DNA of 40,758 nucleotides, taken from IMG/VR virus record IMGVR_UViG_3300022863_000016, positions 1-40,758 of that record, one strand, 5' to 3'. Origin of the DNA: a virus (Duplodnaviria; Caudoviricetes). The translations under genes were made by a program, and so were the position numbers. Numbering within the stretch: the first letter of the stretch is position 1; each line of letters starts with the position of its first letter. Shown here one piece after another: positions 17,312 through 25,461 of the stretch. The notes below the pieces were generated by a model. That model ran no database searches. It had not been told where the DNA came from and was given only the letters and a program-made list of their open reading frames with translations.

Positions 17312-17790
17312 GACCATCAGCTGACGACTACTTCATTGACATGGCAAAGCTTGTTGCCACACGAGGAACATGCATCCGACGCAAGGTCGGATGTGTTCTC
17401 ATAAACAAGCGAAACCACATCACTGCAACAGGCTATAATGGAGTGGCGGCGGGCTTTACTCACTGCCTTGATCATCCATGCTCTGGAGCAGATCAACCAA
17501 GTGGTCGTGGCCTCGATATGTGCGAAGCTATCCATGCTGAGCAAAACGCTCTTCTTCAGTGTCGGGACGTTTACGAAATCCACACTCTCTATTCTACGAC
17601 GTCGCCTTGCATTCAGTGCATTAAGTTGTTGCTGAATACAAGTTGCCAAAGAATAGTCTTTGCCGAGGAATATCCTCACGGCATTTCAAAGCAACTGTGG
17701 CTGTCAGCCGGCAGGGAATGGGTACAGCATGGCGCCGAGATACAAGAAACCAATACTCAATCCGAACCAACTGCCATTATTCGTACCTGA
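17308..17790 (+). CDS. dCMP deaminase
   Basis: TCIRRKVGCV, TGYNG, HAEQNA, SPCIQC zinc motifs; ATGA overlap. Confidence 0.95.
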   Translation: MRPSADDYFIDMAKLVATRGTCIRRKVGCVLINKRNHITATGYNGVAAGFTHCLDHPCSGADQPSGRGLDMCEAIHAEQNALLQCRDVYEIHTLYSTTSPCIQCIKLLLNTSCQRIVFAEEYPHGISKQLWLSAGREWVQHGAEIQETNTQSEPTAIIRT

Positions 17791-19720
17791 GTCAAAGTGG
17801 AAAGCTCCCGAGTCTCTGCCATCACTATCGATGGCAGAGTTCATTGCAGTGGATACGGAAACCTATGACCCAAGACTTAATGAAGCAGGGCCGGGCTTTA
17901 TTCGAGGAGATGCTCGAGTCTGTGGTATCTCGATCGCCACAGACTGCGGGAAGAATTTCTACCTCCCAATTGGCCACCGAGAAGGAAACCTTGACAAACG
18001 AAAAGTTGTTGAGTACCTTAAAAAAGAACTTGGAAGACCTGGACAAGCTAAAGTCTTCGCAAATGCCATGTATGACCTTGAGGCACTCTGGTCATTGGGG
18101 ATTGACGTTCGAGGAACTATTCACGATATTCAGATTGCAGAACCCGTACTCGACGAGGACCGAGATGGCGGCTATTCTCTCGAAGCACTTTCCAAAACAT
18201 ACCTAGGCTATGGTAAGGATGAACAGCTTCTTAAGGAAGCTGAGATAGCCTATGGTGTTGAGCATAAGAAGGGCATGCATGAGTTGCCTGCCTGCCATGT
18301 GGGGCCTTATGCTGAGATCGATGCTGATAACACCTTGCAAGTGTTTCTCCTCCAACAGGAGGAGTTGCTTGCTGACGAAGTTATGGACATTTATCAGCTT
18401 GAAACGCAGTTGCTTCCTGTTTTGTTCAAAATGCGTCTTAATGGTGTTAGAGTTGATCTGGATAAAGCTGATATACTATCAAAGAAGATTGCGCTTGAAG
18501 AGACAGAGTTACAGAATTATCTCTTCAAGCTAGCTGGTTGCCAGTTCAGCACGAGTTCTTCAGCTGACATGGAAGACATCCTCATAGGGCGAGGGTTAAC
18601 AGTTCCAAGGACAGCAGCTGATGGTCCATCAGTTACCAATGAATGGCTTGAGAAGCACAGCAAAGATGACTTCTGCAAAGGTCTCGTTAAGTTACGTAAA
18701 ACAAAGAAGATGCGTTGTGACTTCATCGATGGGTTTATCATAGACCTTAACGTTAAAGGTCGTCTGCATACCCAGTGGCACCAGCTAAGGGATTATGATG
18801 ATGAAGCGGGTCGGTCAAAGGGAACTCGATCTGGTCGTATTGCCTCTTCAAAACCAAACCTCACTCAAATTCCAGCGCGCGACCCTTACTGGGGGCCTCT
18901 CATCAGGTCACTATTCATTGCCGACGAAGGTGGCTTTTGGACAAAGGCTGATTACTCTCAGCAAGAACCCCGTATTCTACTACACTTTGCCTATTTGATG
19001 AAACTCGCCGGGGCTGCTGAAGCCAGGCAAAGATATATTGATGATCCAGATACTGATTACCACCAGCTCGTAGCTGATCTGATCCACGAACGAGCTGGTC
19101 TGGACATTGGTCGTAAGAGAGCTAAAGGCATTAATCTTGGTTCGGCATATGGAATGGGCAAGCACAAGATGGCCGCCCAGCTGGGCGTCAGTCTTGAAGT
19201 AGCCGAGGAATTACTTAAAGCCTACCATGAAGGCGTGCCTTATGTTAAGCTCCTGGAGACTGCCTGTATCGATCGTGTTCATCAGCGTGGTTCCATTAAG
19301 ACTATTCTTGGCCGCAAGCGTAGGTTCAAGGAGTGGGAACCCACTGAATGGCATCGCAAGATGGGAACTCGCCCAGTTAAGTCAAAGGAAGAAGCTGAAC
19401 GCCTGTGGGGCAAAGGCCAGGTGTCGAGGGCGCATGCTCATAAGGCCTTGAACTCGCTTGTCCAAGGATCAGCCGCCGATCAGATCAAAAAAGCCTTGAT
19501 CATGATGGATGCTGAAGGCATTCCGCCTTCGATCCAAATCTATGACGAATTGAATGCCACCTACTTTGATCATAAGCAAGTTCGTCGCATGCAAGAAATC
19601 ATGGAGAACGCCATTCCAGAATTTACTGTGCCCTTTACTGCTGCTCCTGATATGGGTCGGTCGTGGGGCGAAGTCAAAGCCTACAAATGGACGGGAGCTG
19701 AATATGCTCTTGCTGCCTGA
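17729..19720 (+). CDS. polA: family A DNA polymerase with 3'-5' exonuclease
   Basis: DTET, NAMYD, YAEID exonuclease motifs; SGRIASSKPNLTQIP; ADYSQQEPR (A); RKRAKGINLGSAYGMG (B); QIYDEL (C). Confidence 0.95.
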   Translation: MAPRYKKPILNPNQLPLFVPESKWKAPESLPSLSMAEFIAVDTETYDPRLNEAGPGFIRGDARVCGISIATDCGKNFYLPIGHREGNLDKRKVVEYLKKELGRPGQAKVFANAMYDLEALWSLGIDVRGTIHDIQIAEPVLDEDRDGGYSLEALSKTYLGYGKDEQLLKEAEIAYGVEHKKGMHELPACHVGPYAEIDADNTLQVFLLQQEELLADEVMDIYQLETQLLPVLFKMRLNGVRVDLDKADILSKKIALEETELQNYLFKLAGCQFSTSSSADMEDILIGRGLTVPRTAADGPSVTNEWLEKHSKDDFCKGLVKLRKTKKMRCDFIDGFIIDLNVKGRLHTQWHQLRDYDDEAGRSKGTRSGRIASSKPNLTQIPARDPYWGPLIRSLFIADEGGFWTKADYSQQEPRILLHFAYLMKLAGAAEARQRYIDDPDTDYHQLVADLIHERAGLDIGRKRAKGINLGSAYGMGKHKMAAQLGVSLEVAEELLKAYHEGVPYVKLLETACIDRVHQRGSIKTILGRKRRFKEWEPTEWHRKMGTRPVKSKEEAERLWGKGQVSRAHAHKALNSLVQGSAADQIKKALIMMDAEGIPPSIQIYDELNATYFDHKQVRRMQEIMENAIPEFTVPFTAAPDMGRSWGEVKAYKWTGAEYALAA

Positions 19721-20174
19721 AACTGCTTCAGTAGACCTTAAGGCGAGGCTCATCATAGCTTCTGCCTATCTCTACTATCGCCGATTTTCACCTATATGGC
19801 CGGATGGTTACTATGATAGAATTTCCAGAGAAGTCGCCTTGGACTGGACTGCTTTATCGTCTTTTAGACGATGGCAACTTGGAAATCCCGATGAGCTTAG
19901 GGCGACTGGCCATCACATCAAAATTACTTGTGCCGCTGAGTTCGGAGCTATTGCCTGGCACAGAGACAGTACTGGCAATTTACCCACTGGCTACCCTATT
20001 AGAGACAATGAATGGGCTGAAGGAGCCTGTCGATGGGTCACCGCCGAACCTACTGGATTTGAGCTGAAAAAGCCAAGAGCTCCTGTAAAGCACCAAAGCA
20101 TCTTCAAGCCTGTCCAAACGGATATGTTTTCATTAATGGGGCTTGAGCCAGTTAAGAAAGGGAGACGAAAGTGA
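19704..20174 (+). CDS. protein resembling the N-terminal Ia domain of NAD-dependent DNA ligase
   Basis: AYLYY...PIWPDGYYDRI resembles YY..P.(I/V)SD..YD; GGGAG RBS. Confidence 0.55.
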   Translation: MLLLPETASVDLKARLIIASAYLYYRRFSPIWPDGYYDRISREVALDWTALSSFRRWQLGNPDELRATGHHIKITCAAEFGAIAWHRDSTGNLPTGYPIRDNEWAEGACRWVTAEPTGFELKKPRAPVKHQSIFKPVQTDMFSLMGLEPVKKGRRK

Positions 20175-20743
20175 ATAATTTGCTATACAAACTAACGTTT
20201 CCAAATGGTAAAATTTACTTAGGTATGACGTACAAAACAGCGGAAGAAAGATTTAAAGACCATACCTACTTTGCCATTACTAACAAATACGATTATATGC
20301 TTCACAGAGCTATTAGAAAATATGGTCCAGATTCAGTTAAGATAGAAACATTGGCTGTAGGTAGCAGAGAATATATAATGGAGCTCGAAGTAAGAGCAAT
20401 CGCTTTATTTAAAACACAAGATACCAACATAGGGTATAATATACACAAAGGCGGTCCTGGTACAGCTTTCTACGGACCACATACAGAAGAGGCAAAAGCC
20501 AAGATAGCTAAGGCAAGTACTGGAAGAAAACATACAAGCCAAGCTAAGCGTAAGATGACCACTCACCTGTTTGAGTATGCTGGAGAAATAAAATCAATAC
20601 GTGAACTTAGCGATAAATATGGAATACCGGCTGGTACTCTTAACAATAGAATACTTAAATATAAATGGTCCGTGGAAAGAGCTATTACTCAGCCTTGGAG
20701 TGGAAGGTCTATTATGCAACCCAATAAAAGACCTACTACATAA
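20171..20743 (+). CDS. GIY-YIG homing endonuclease
   Basis: LLYKLTFPNGKIYLGMT..ERF..H; LEVRAI; GYN; NUMOD-like HTEEAKAKI; C-terminal HTH. Confidence 0.85.
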   Translation: MNNLLYKLTFPNGKIYLGMTYKTAEERFKDHTYFAITNKYDYMLHRAIRKYGPDSVKIETLAVGSREYIMELEVRAIALFKTQDTNIGYNIHKGGPGTAFYGPHTEEAKAKIAKASTGRKHTSQAKRKMTTHLFEYAGEIKSIRELSDKYGIPAGTLNNRILKYKWSVERAITQPWSGRSIMQPNKRPTT

Positions 20744-20759
20744 CATTGGAATAAAAGAT

Positions 20760-21185
20760 ATGATTACTGAAGCTGATTTCTACAGACTCCACGTCAGACC
20801 TCACCTTGACCAATGGGGTGACCACTGTCGCGTCGAAAACACGGCTGAGTCTGGCACCCCCGACATTTCATATGCCATTAATGGTATACAAGGGTGGATT
20901 GAGACAAAAGTAGTGCGCCATGGCAAAATGCACTTCGAGCGCTTTCAACCTGCTTGGATGAAAAAGAGACTCAGGCATTCTTTGGGAAATGTCTGGGTCT
21001 TTGCTGCTGATGAAGCTGCAGAACAGCTTTTTATCTACAGAGCCGATGATATTGTAAAGGCGCCTAAGTCAAAGTACAAAGACTGGCTGGTTGTTGAAAC
21101 TAAAGACGTTCAACCATACGTCTACAGTGCAACCAGACCCTGGCCGTGGGGGCGTGTTCTTTTAGCTCTAGTCGGCAAACTTTAA
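20760..21185 (+). CDS. PD-(D/E)xK nuclease (VRR-NUC / Holliday junction resolvase-like)
   Basis: RVEN...GTPD...WIETK...Q..W. Confidence 0.8.
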   Translation: MITEADFYRLHVRPHLDQWGDHCRVENTAESGTPDISYAINGIQGWIETKVVRHGKMHFERFQPAWMKKRLRHSLGNVWVFAADEAAEQLFIYRADDIVKAPKSKYKDWLVVETKDVQPYVYSATRPWPWGRVLLALVGKL

Positions 21186-21216
21186 TATGTACAACCATTT
21201 TGAAATAGAGTACTAT
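21170..21216 (+). promoter_or_regulatory. phage promoter with upstream box
   Basis: AGTCGGCA-N10-TGTACA-N17-TACTAT, then AGAGAGGAGA. Confidence 0.7.
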
Positions 21217-21239
21217 AATAATCAGAGAGGAGAGTCTCA

Positions 21240-21575
21240 ATGAGTACAGTTTTCGTAATTCAAGAACAAGCCAAATTCGACATTAGCCCCGCAAGAAAGT
21301 TTGGTCAGATCAAGACCATTCTTCCTGCAGGTGATACCAACTTTTCTTACCAGTTTGTAGTCGAGAAGTTGTTGGCTGCTTTCAGCGATATACAGCCCGA
21401 CGATTACATCCTGCTGTCAGGTGATCCTGTGGCAATCGGGCTGGCAACAGCTATCGCTTTTCAAATGAGCGAGGTGAATGCTCCACTTAACTTCCTGAAG
21501 TGGATGCCACGAGAGCTTCAATATTTGCCAATCACGGTGAATATTGATGAGATACAGGAGGGATTGGATGGATGA
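21240..21575 (+). CDS. hypothetical alpha/beta phage protein
   Basis: GAGGAG RBS; DYILLSGDP; 111 aa. Confidence 0.75.
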   Translation: MSTVFVIQEQAKFDISPARKFGQIKTILPAGDTNFSYQFVVEKLLAAFSDIQPDDYILLSGDPVAIGLATAIAFQMSEVNAPLNFLKWMPRELQYLPITVNIDEIQEGLDG

Positions 21576-22137
21576 CGTTCTACAGGCAGCATTAGCTGAC
21601 TCTGCAGAAATCAAAGTTGAAGAGAAATCTTTGACGGCGATTTCAAAGATGGCTATGCGCCACGTTGAACTGCAAGCTTGGATTGGGCTCAAAGAGAAAG
21701 AGCTCAAGGACCTGGTGGACGAGGCCAAGAAGATCGAAGAGATTGATCTTCCAAATGCCATGCTTGAGATTGGCATGCGCACATTCAGGTTGAATGACGG
21801 GGCCGCGATCAACGTCAAGAAGTTCTATGGCGCCAGCATCAAGGTAGAGAATAGGTCTGCGGCCTATCTTTGGCTTGAGGCGCAGGGTCACGAGTCCCTC
21901 ATTAAAACCAAGGTTGTGACAGACTTTGGCAAGGGTCACAATGAGCGTGAAGAAGCCAAGAAGTTCAAACAAGACCTGCTCGCCGATGGCTTTAATGCAA
22001 GCCTTGACGAGTCAGTCCACCATTCTACTCTGAAGGCCTTCGTGAAAGAACAGATTGAACAAGGTGTTGTTCTGCCTGATCTGTTCACGGTGTTCATCGG
22101 AGAAAGAGCCGAAATCACTCTTCCGAAGAAGAAGTGA
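21568..22137 (+). CDS. replication-module phage protein (coiled coil + VHHSTLKAFVKE)
   Basis: GGAGG RBS; lies upstream of the SSB-like gene. Confidence 0.75.
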   Translation: MDDVLQAALADSAEIKVEEKSLTAISKMAMRHVELQAWIGLKEKELKDLVDEAKKIEEIDLPNAMLEIGMRTFRLNDGAAINVKKFYGASIKVENRSAAYLWLEAQGHESLIKTKVVTDFGKGHNEREEAKKFKQDLLADGFNASLDESVHHSTLKAFVKEQIEQGVVLPDLFTVFIGERAEITLPKKK

Positions 22138-22191
22138 TGATTTGGAGAGCTGCGCGCCATTAACAGCAGATTGATCTAACGGAGATTGTAT

Positions 22192-23040
22192 ATGAGCAAG
22201 GCAGCATCAAAAGGACAGGAAGTTGCCCCTGTCAAGGAAAGTGGTCTTCCGGCCGGTTTGGACTTGGCCTATCTGACGGCTGACTCCGGTCTGGGCGTCT
22301 CCAACATGGGTGTGGGCGATGTTGCTCTTCCATACCTCGGCATTCTTCAGGGTCTGTCGCCGCAGGTCAATCCTGGGCGCCCCGAATACGTCGAAGGTGC
22401 ACAAGCCTCGATGTTCTACAACAACGTCTCTCAGGACGTTTTTGACGGTCGCACTGAAGGCCTTCTGTTCGTGCCAGCCCACTATGAGCGTAAGTTCGTT
22501 GAATGGATCGATCGCGACAAAGGCGGCGGTTTCGTTGCCGACTACGACATCGACTCGGATGTGATGAATTTCACTGAGCGGGACGATAAGAAGCGGCTCC
22601 GCATGAAGGGGTCAGGCAATCTGCTCGTCGAAACCGCTTATCACACGGGTCTGTATTTTGATCCCGAGCTGAAAAAGTGGCTTCAGTGCGTGGTGACATT
22701 AAAGTCCACCGGCTTGAAGGTCAACCGCCGCTGGAACAACGAACTCACCACGGCGGTTATTCCCGGAACTGATCTCCAGGCGCCGCGTTGGTTGTTCCCG
22801 TACCTTCTGACGACGAAACTTGAAACGAAGGCCGGCAACTCTTGGTGGCAGCTGAGCATCGAGAAGCAGGACAACCCTGTGACCAAGGCTGTCTATGACA
22901 AGGCGAAGGGCTTCTATCAGCTCCTCGAGTCTGGCCAGCTTTCGCGTGCTCCTGAAGTTGATCTGGGCACAGTTGAAGAGGGCAGTACAACGGAGCGTCG
23001 TGAGACTCGTCAGGGAGCTGATGTCGACATTCCGTTCTAA
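22192..23040 (+). CDS. putative ssDNA-binding / annealing protein
   Basis: LPYLGILQGLSPQV N-terminus; acidic tail ending DVDIPF; replication context. Confidence 0.65.
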   Translation: MSKAASKGQEVAPVKESGLPAGLDLAYLTADSGLGVSNMGVGDVALPYLGILQGLSPQVNPGRPEYVEGAQASMFYNNVSQDVFDGRTEGLLFVPAHYERKFVEWIDRDKGGGFVADYDIDSDVMNFTERDDKKRLRMKGSGNLLVETAYHTGLYFDPELKKWLQCVVTLKSTGLKVNRRWNNELTTAVIPGTDLQAPRWLFPYLLTTKLETKAGNSWWQLSIEKQDNPVTKAVYDKAKGFYQLLESGQLSRAPEVDLGTVEEGSTTERRETRQGADVDIPF

Positions 23041-23047
23041 GCGGTTC

Positions 23048-23119
23048 GCCCCTTTATCCTTAGTGGTAGAGGTCCTGCCTTGTAAGCAGGGTGCGTCAGT
23101 TCGATTCTGGCAAGGGGCA
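23048..23119 (+). tRNA. tRNA-Thr(UGU)
   Basis: GCCCCTT/AAGGGGC acceptor; CCTGC-CT-TGT-AA-GCAGG; no encoded CCA. Confidence 0.9.
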
Positions 23120-23120
23120 C

Positions 23121-23196
23121 GGGGTCATAGCTCAGTTGCGAGAGTGTCTCGTTTGCAGCGAGAAGGACGTCGGTTCGATTCCGACTGACTCCACCA
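23121..23196 (+). tRNA. tRNA-Ala(UGC)
   Basis: GGGGTCA/TGACTCC with G3:U70; TCTCG-TT-TGC-AG-CGAGA; CCA end. Confidence 0.92.
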
Positions 23197-23286
23197 AGTT
23201 AGCATACTGATGGTGGGGGACACAAGTATGCTGGCGGCGAGAATTCCTCTCACTCTCGCCGCTCTCTAAACATAGAGAGCACTATA

Positions 23287-23856
23287 ATGATAAACCATAC
23301 CTTGTATAAGATTGTGTTTCCAAATGGTAAGCTCTATATTGGTGCCACGTCTGCAAAATTAGAAAGACGTCTTAAGCAGCAGATTAGATTTGCCCTTGAC
23401 TATTTTCAAGACTATCCTGTACATAGAGCCATTAGAGAGTGTGGCGCAGAGTCGATTAAAATAGAACCCTTGGTAGTTGGCAACAAACAATATATTTCTG
23501 AGTTAGAAAATAAAGTTGTAGCTTTGTTTAAAACACAAGATAGAGAATTTGGTTATAATGTCGCCGATGGTGGCTATAACTACGCTATGTCAAACGAAGT
23601 AAGAAACAAAATATCTGAAACTTTGACAGGGACTAAACAAAGCAAAGAGCATAAAGAAAATGTAGCCAAGGCTCGTCAAAATAAAGAACATAAAGCAAAA
23701 GTGTCCATATCTCTCTCAAAGAGATTTATAGAATATAGGGGAATAACTAAGTCTCTGAGACAATGGTCTGAAGAACTTGGCATAAACTACTGGTGTCTAC
23801 ATCGTAGAATATACCGAAGTTCTTGGACGGTTGAAAAGGCCTTTACAACTAAGTAA
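23287..23856 (+). CDS. GIY-YIG homing endonuclease inside the tRNA cluster
   Basis: TLYKIVFPNGKLYIGAT; GYN; paralogue of 20171..20743. Confidence 0.85.
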   Translation: MINHTLYKIVFPNGKLYIGATSAKLERRLKQQIRFALDYFQDYPVHRAIRECGAESIKIEPLVVGNKQYISELENKVVALFKTQDREFGYNVADGGYNYAMSNEVRNKISETLTGTKQSKEHKENVAKARQNKEHKAKVSISLSKRFIEYRGITKSLRQWSEELGINYWCLHRRIYRSSWTVEKAFTTK

Positions 23857-23864
23857 CGATAAAT

Positions 23865-23940
23865 CTCGGTGTAGCTCAGTAGGTAGAGCGGTAGTTTTGG
23901 GTACTACAGGTCATCAGTTCAAGCCTGGTCACCGAGACCA
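23865..23940 (+). tRNA. tRNA-Pro(UGG)
   Basis: CTCGGTG/CACCGAG acceptor; GTAGT-TT-TGG-GT-ACTAC; CCA end. Confidence 0.92.
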
Positions 23941-23945
23941 AATTG

Positions 23946-23991
23946 ACGGGTAATCCTGATGATAAATCCATCATTAGGGTTACCCGTTTTT
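23946..23991 (+). terminator. intrinsic terminator after the tRNA cluster
   Basis: ACGGGTAATCCTGATGA...TCATTAGGGTTACCCGT followed by TTTT. Confidence 0.7.
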
Positions 23992-24021
23992 ATATCTGAA
24001 TGACATAAGGTCACACAAACA

Positions 24022-25461
24022 ATGAGCGAAGAATATAAATTCCGAAATACTCCGTATGCCCATCAATTAAAGATTTGGAATGAAACCAAAGATAAGATTG
24101 GCTGGGCTTATTTCCTTGAGATGGGCACTGGGAAGAGCTTTATAGCTATTAATGTGTTTGGCTATCTCTTCGAGAGAGGAAAAATCGACGCTGTTGTTGT
24201 AATGGCCAAGAAAGGTGAATACGCGAACTGGTCTCGTTATGAGATACCAGCACATCTGCCAGACTTCATCGAGCGAGAAGTCCTGTTGTTCCAAGGAGCT
24301 AAAGCAGCTTCCGCTTCACACAGAGACGCTTTCAAGTCTCTGATCCGCAATGACCCGAAGCGCCTTCCAATCCTAGTCATTAATGTGGAGTCTTTGATCC
24401 ACGGCGGGAAGAAAGCTCTCGAGGCTTTTTACAAAGCTCATCCTCGCGTTATGCTTATAATGGACGAATCTACTTGTGTTAAGCACTATGACTCTAAACG
24501 CAGCAAAGAGGCTTATTTCTGGGCGGCTAAAAGTACCTATAAACGCATCATGACAGGCACCGTTGTTACGCAAGCTCCGATGGATTTGTGGGGCCAATGC
24601 ATGATCCTGGCGAAAGGCATCTTGGGCTACACCAGCTATTTCTCATTCAGAAATACCTACTGCAAGATGACGACCGAGTATCTTGGCAGTCGCAGCTTCC
24701 AGAAGATCGTCGGTTATCAGCACCTTGAAGACCTTGCAAAGAGAGTGAAACTCTTTTCCACGCAGGTATTAAAGGAAGACTGCCTTGATCTGCCGCCGAA
24801 GATATACACAAAGCGCGTGGTGCCACTAACGCCGAAGCAGGAAGCAATCTACAATCAGCTTCGTGATGAAGCCATGCTTGAACTCGAAGGTCATGAGCTT
24901 GAGGTCGTTAATGTATTGGCCATGATTGTCAAGCTTCACCAGGTCGTCTGCGGCCAGCTCAAGGTCGGAGATGATGAGTACATTTCCATTGAGAACGAGC
25001 GCCTCGATACCTTGGTAGAGTTGCTCGAAGACTTCAATGGCAAGGCAATCATCTGGGCGACTTACCGTCAGACCATTGTTGACGTGATCAAACTGCTCCA
25101 AGAGAAGTTCGGCCGTGAGTCAACCGTCGGTTACTGGGGTGGAGTCAAAGACAAGGAAAGAGCAGAAAATGTCGAAGCCTTCAAACACGGAAAAGCCCGC
25201 TTCATTGTGGCGAACCCTGCTATGGGTTTTGGCAACACATGGACTGAAGCTACCCTCGTCATCTACTATTCAAACAGTTACAATCTCGAGCACCGCCTAC
25301 AATCAGAAGATCGAGCTCACCGCATTGGACAAACACGGAGCGTCACTTACGTGGATTTTATTACGCCGGGAACCGTTGACGAAAGAATAGTCGAGGTCCT
25401 GCGTGCAAAGAAAAAGATGTCCGATCTGATCATGGACAGACCTTTAAAGGAGTGGCTTTAA
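24022..25461 (+). CDS. SNF2-family DEAD/DEAH-like helicase
   Basis: EMGTGKS, MDES, MTGT, QSEDRAHRIGQ. Confidence 0.95.
   Translation: MSEEYKFRNTPYAHQLKIWNETKDKIGWAYFLEMGTGKSFIAINVFGYLFERGKIDAVVVMAKKGEYANWSRYEIPAHLPDFIEREVLLFQGAKAASASHRDAFKSLIRNDPKRLPILVINVESLIHGGKKALEAFYKAHPRVMLIMDESTCVKHYDSKRSKEAYFWAAKSTYKRIMTGTVVTQAPMDLWGQCMILAKGILGYTSYFSFRNTYCKMTTEYLGSRSFQKIVGYQHLEDLAKRVKLFSTQVLKEDCLDLPPKIYTKRVVPLTPKQEAIYNQLRDEAMLELEGHELEVVNVLAMIVKLHQVVCGQLKVGDDEYISIENERLDTLVELLEDFNGKAIIWATYRQTIVDVIKLLQEKFGRESTVGYWGGVKDKERAENVEAFKHGKARFIVANPAMGFGNTWTEATLVIYYSNSYNLEHRLQSEDRAHRIGQTRSVTYVDFITPGTVDERIVEVLRAKKKMSDLIMDRPLKEWL

Noticed and set aside
8410-23856. Homing endonucleases as intron- or intein-encoded
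   Set aside because: Flanking genes appear intact and each endonuclease has its own start and stop; no split genes seen
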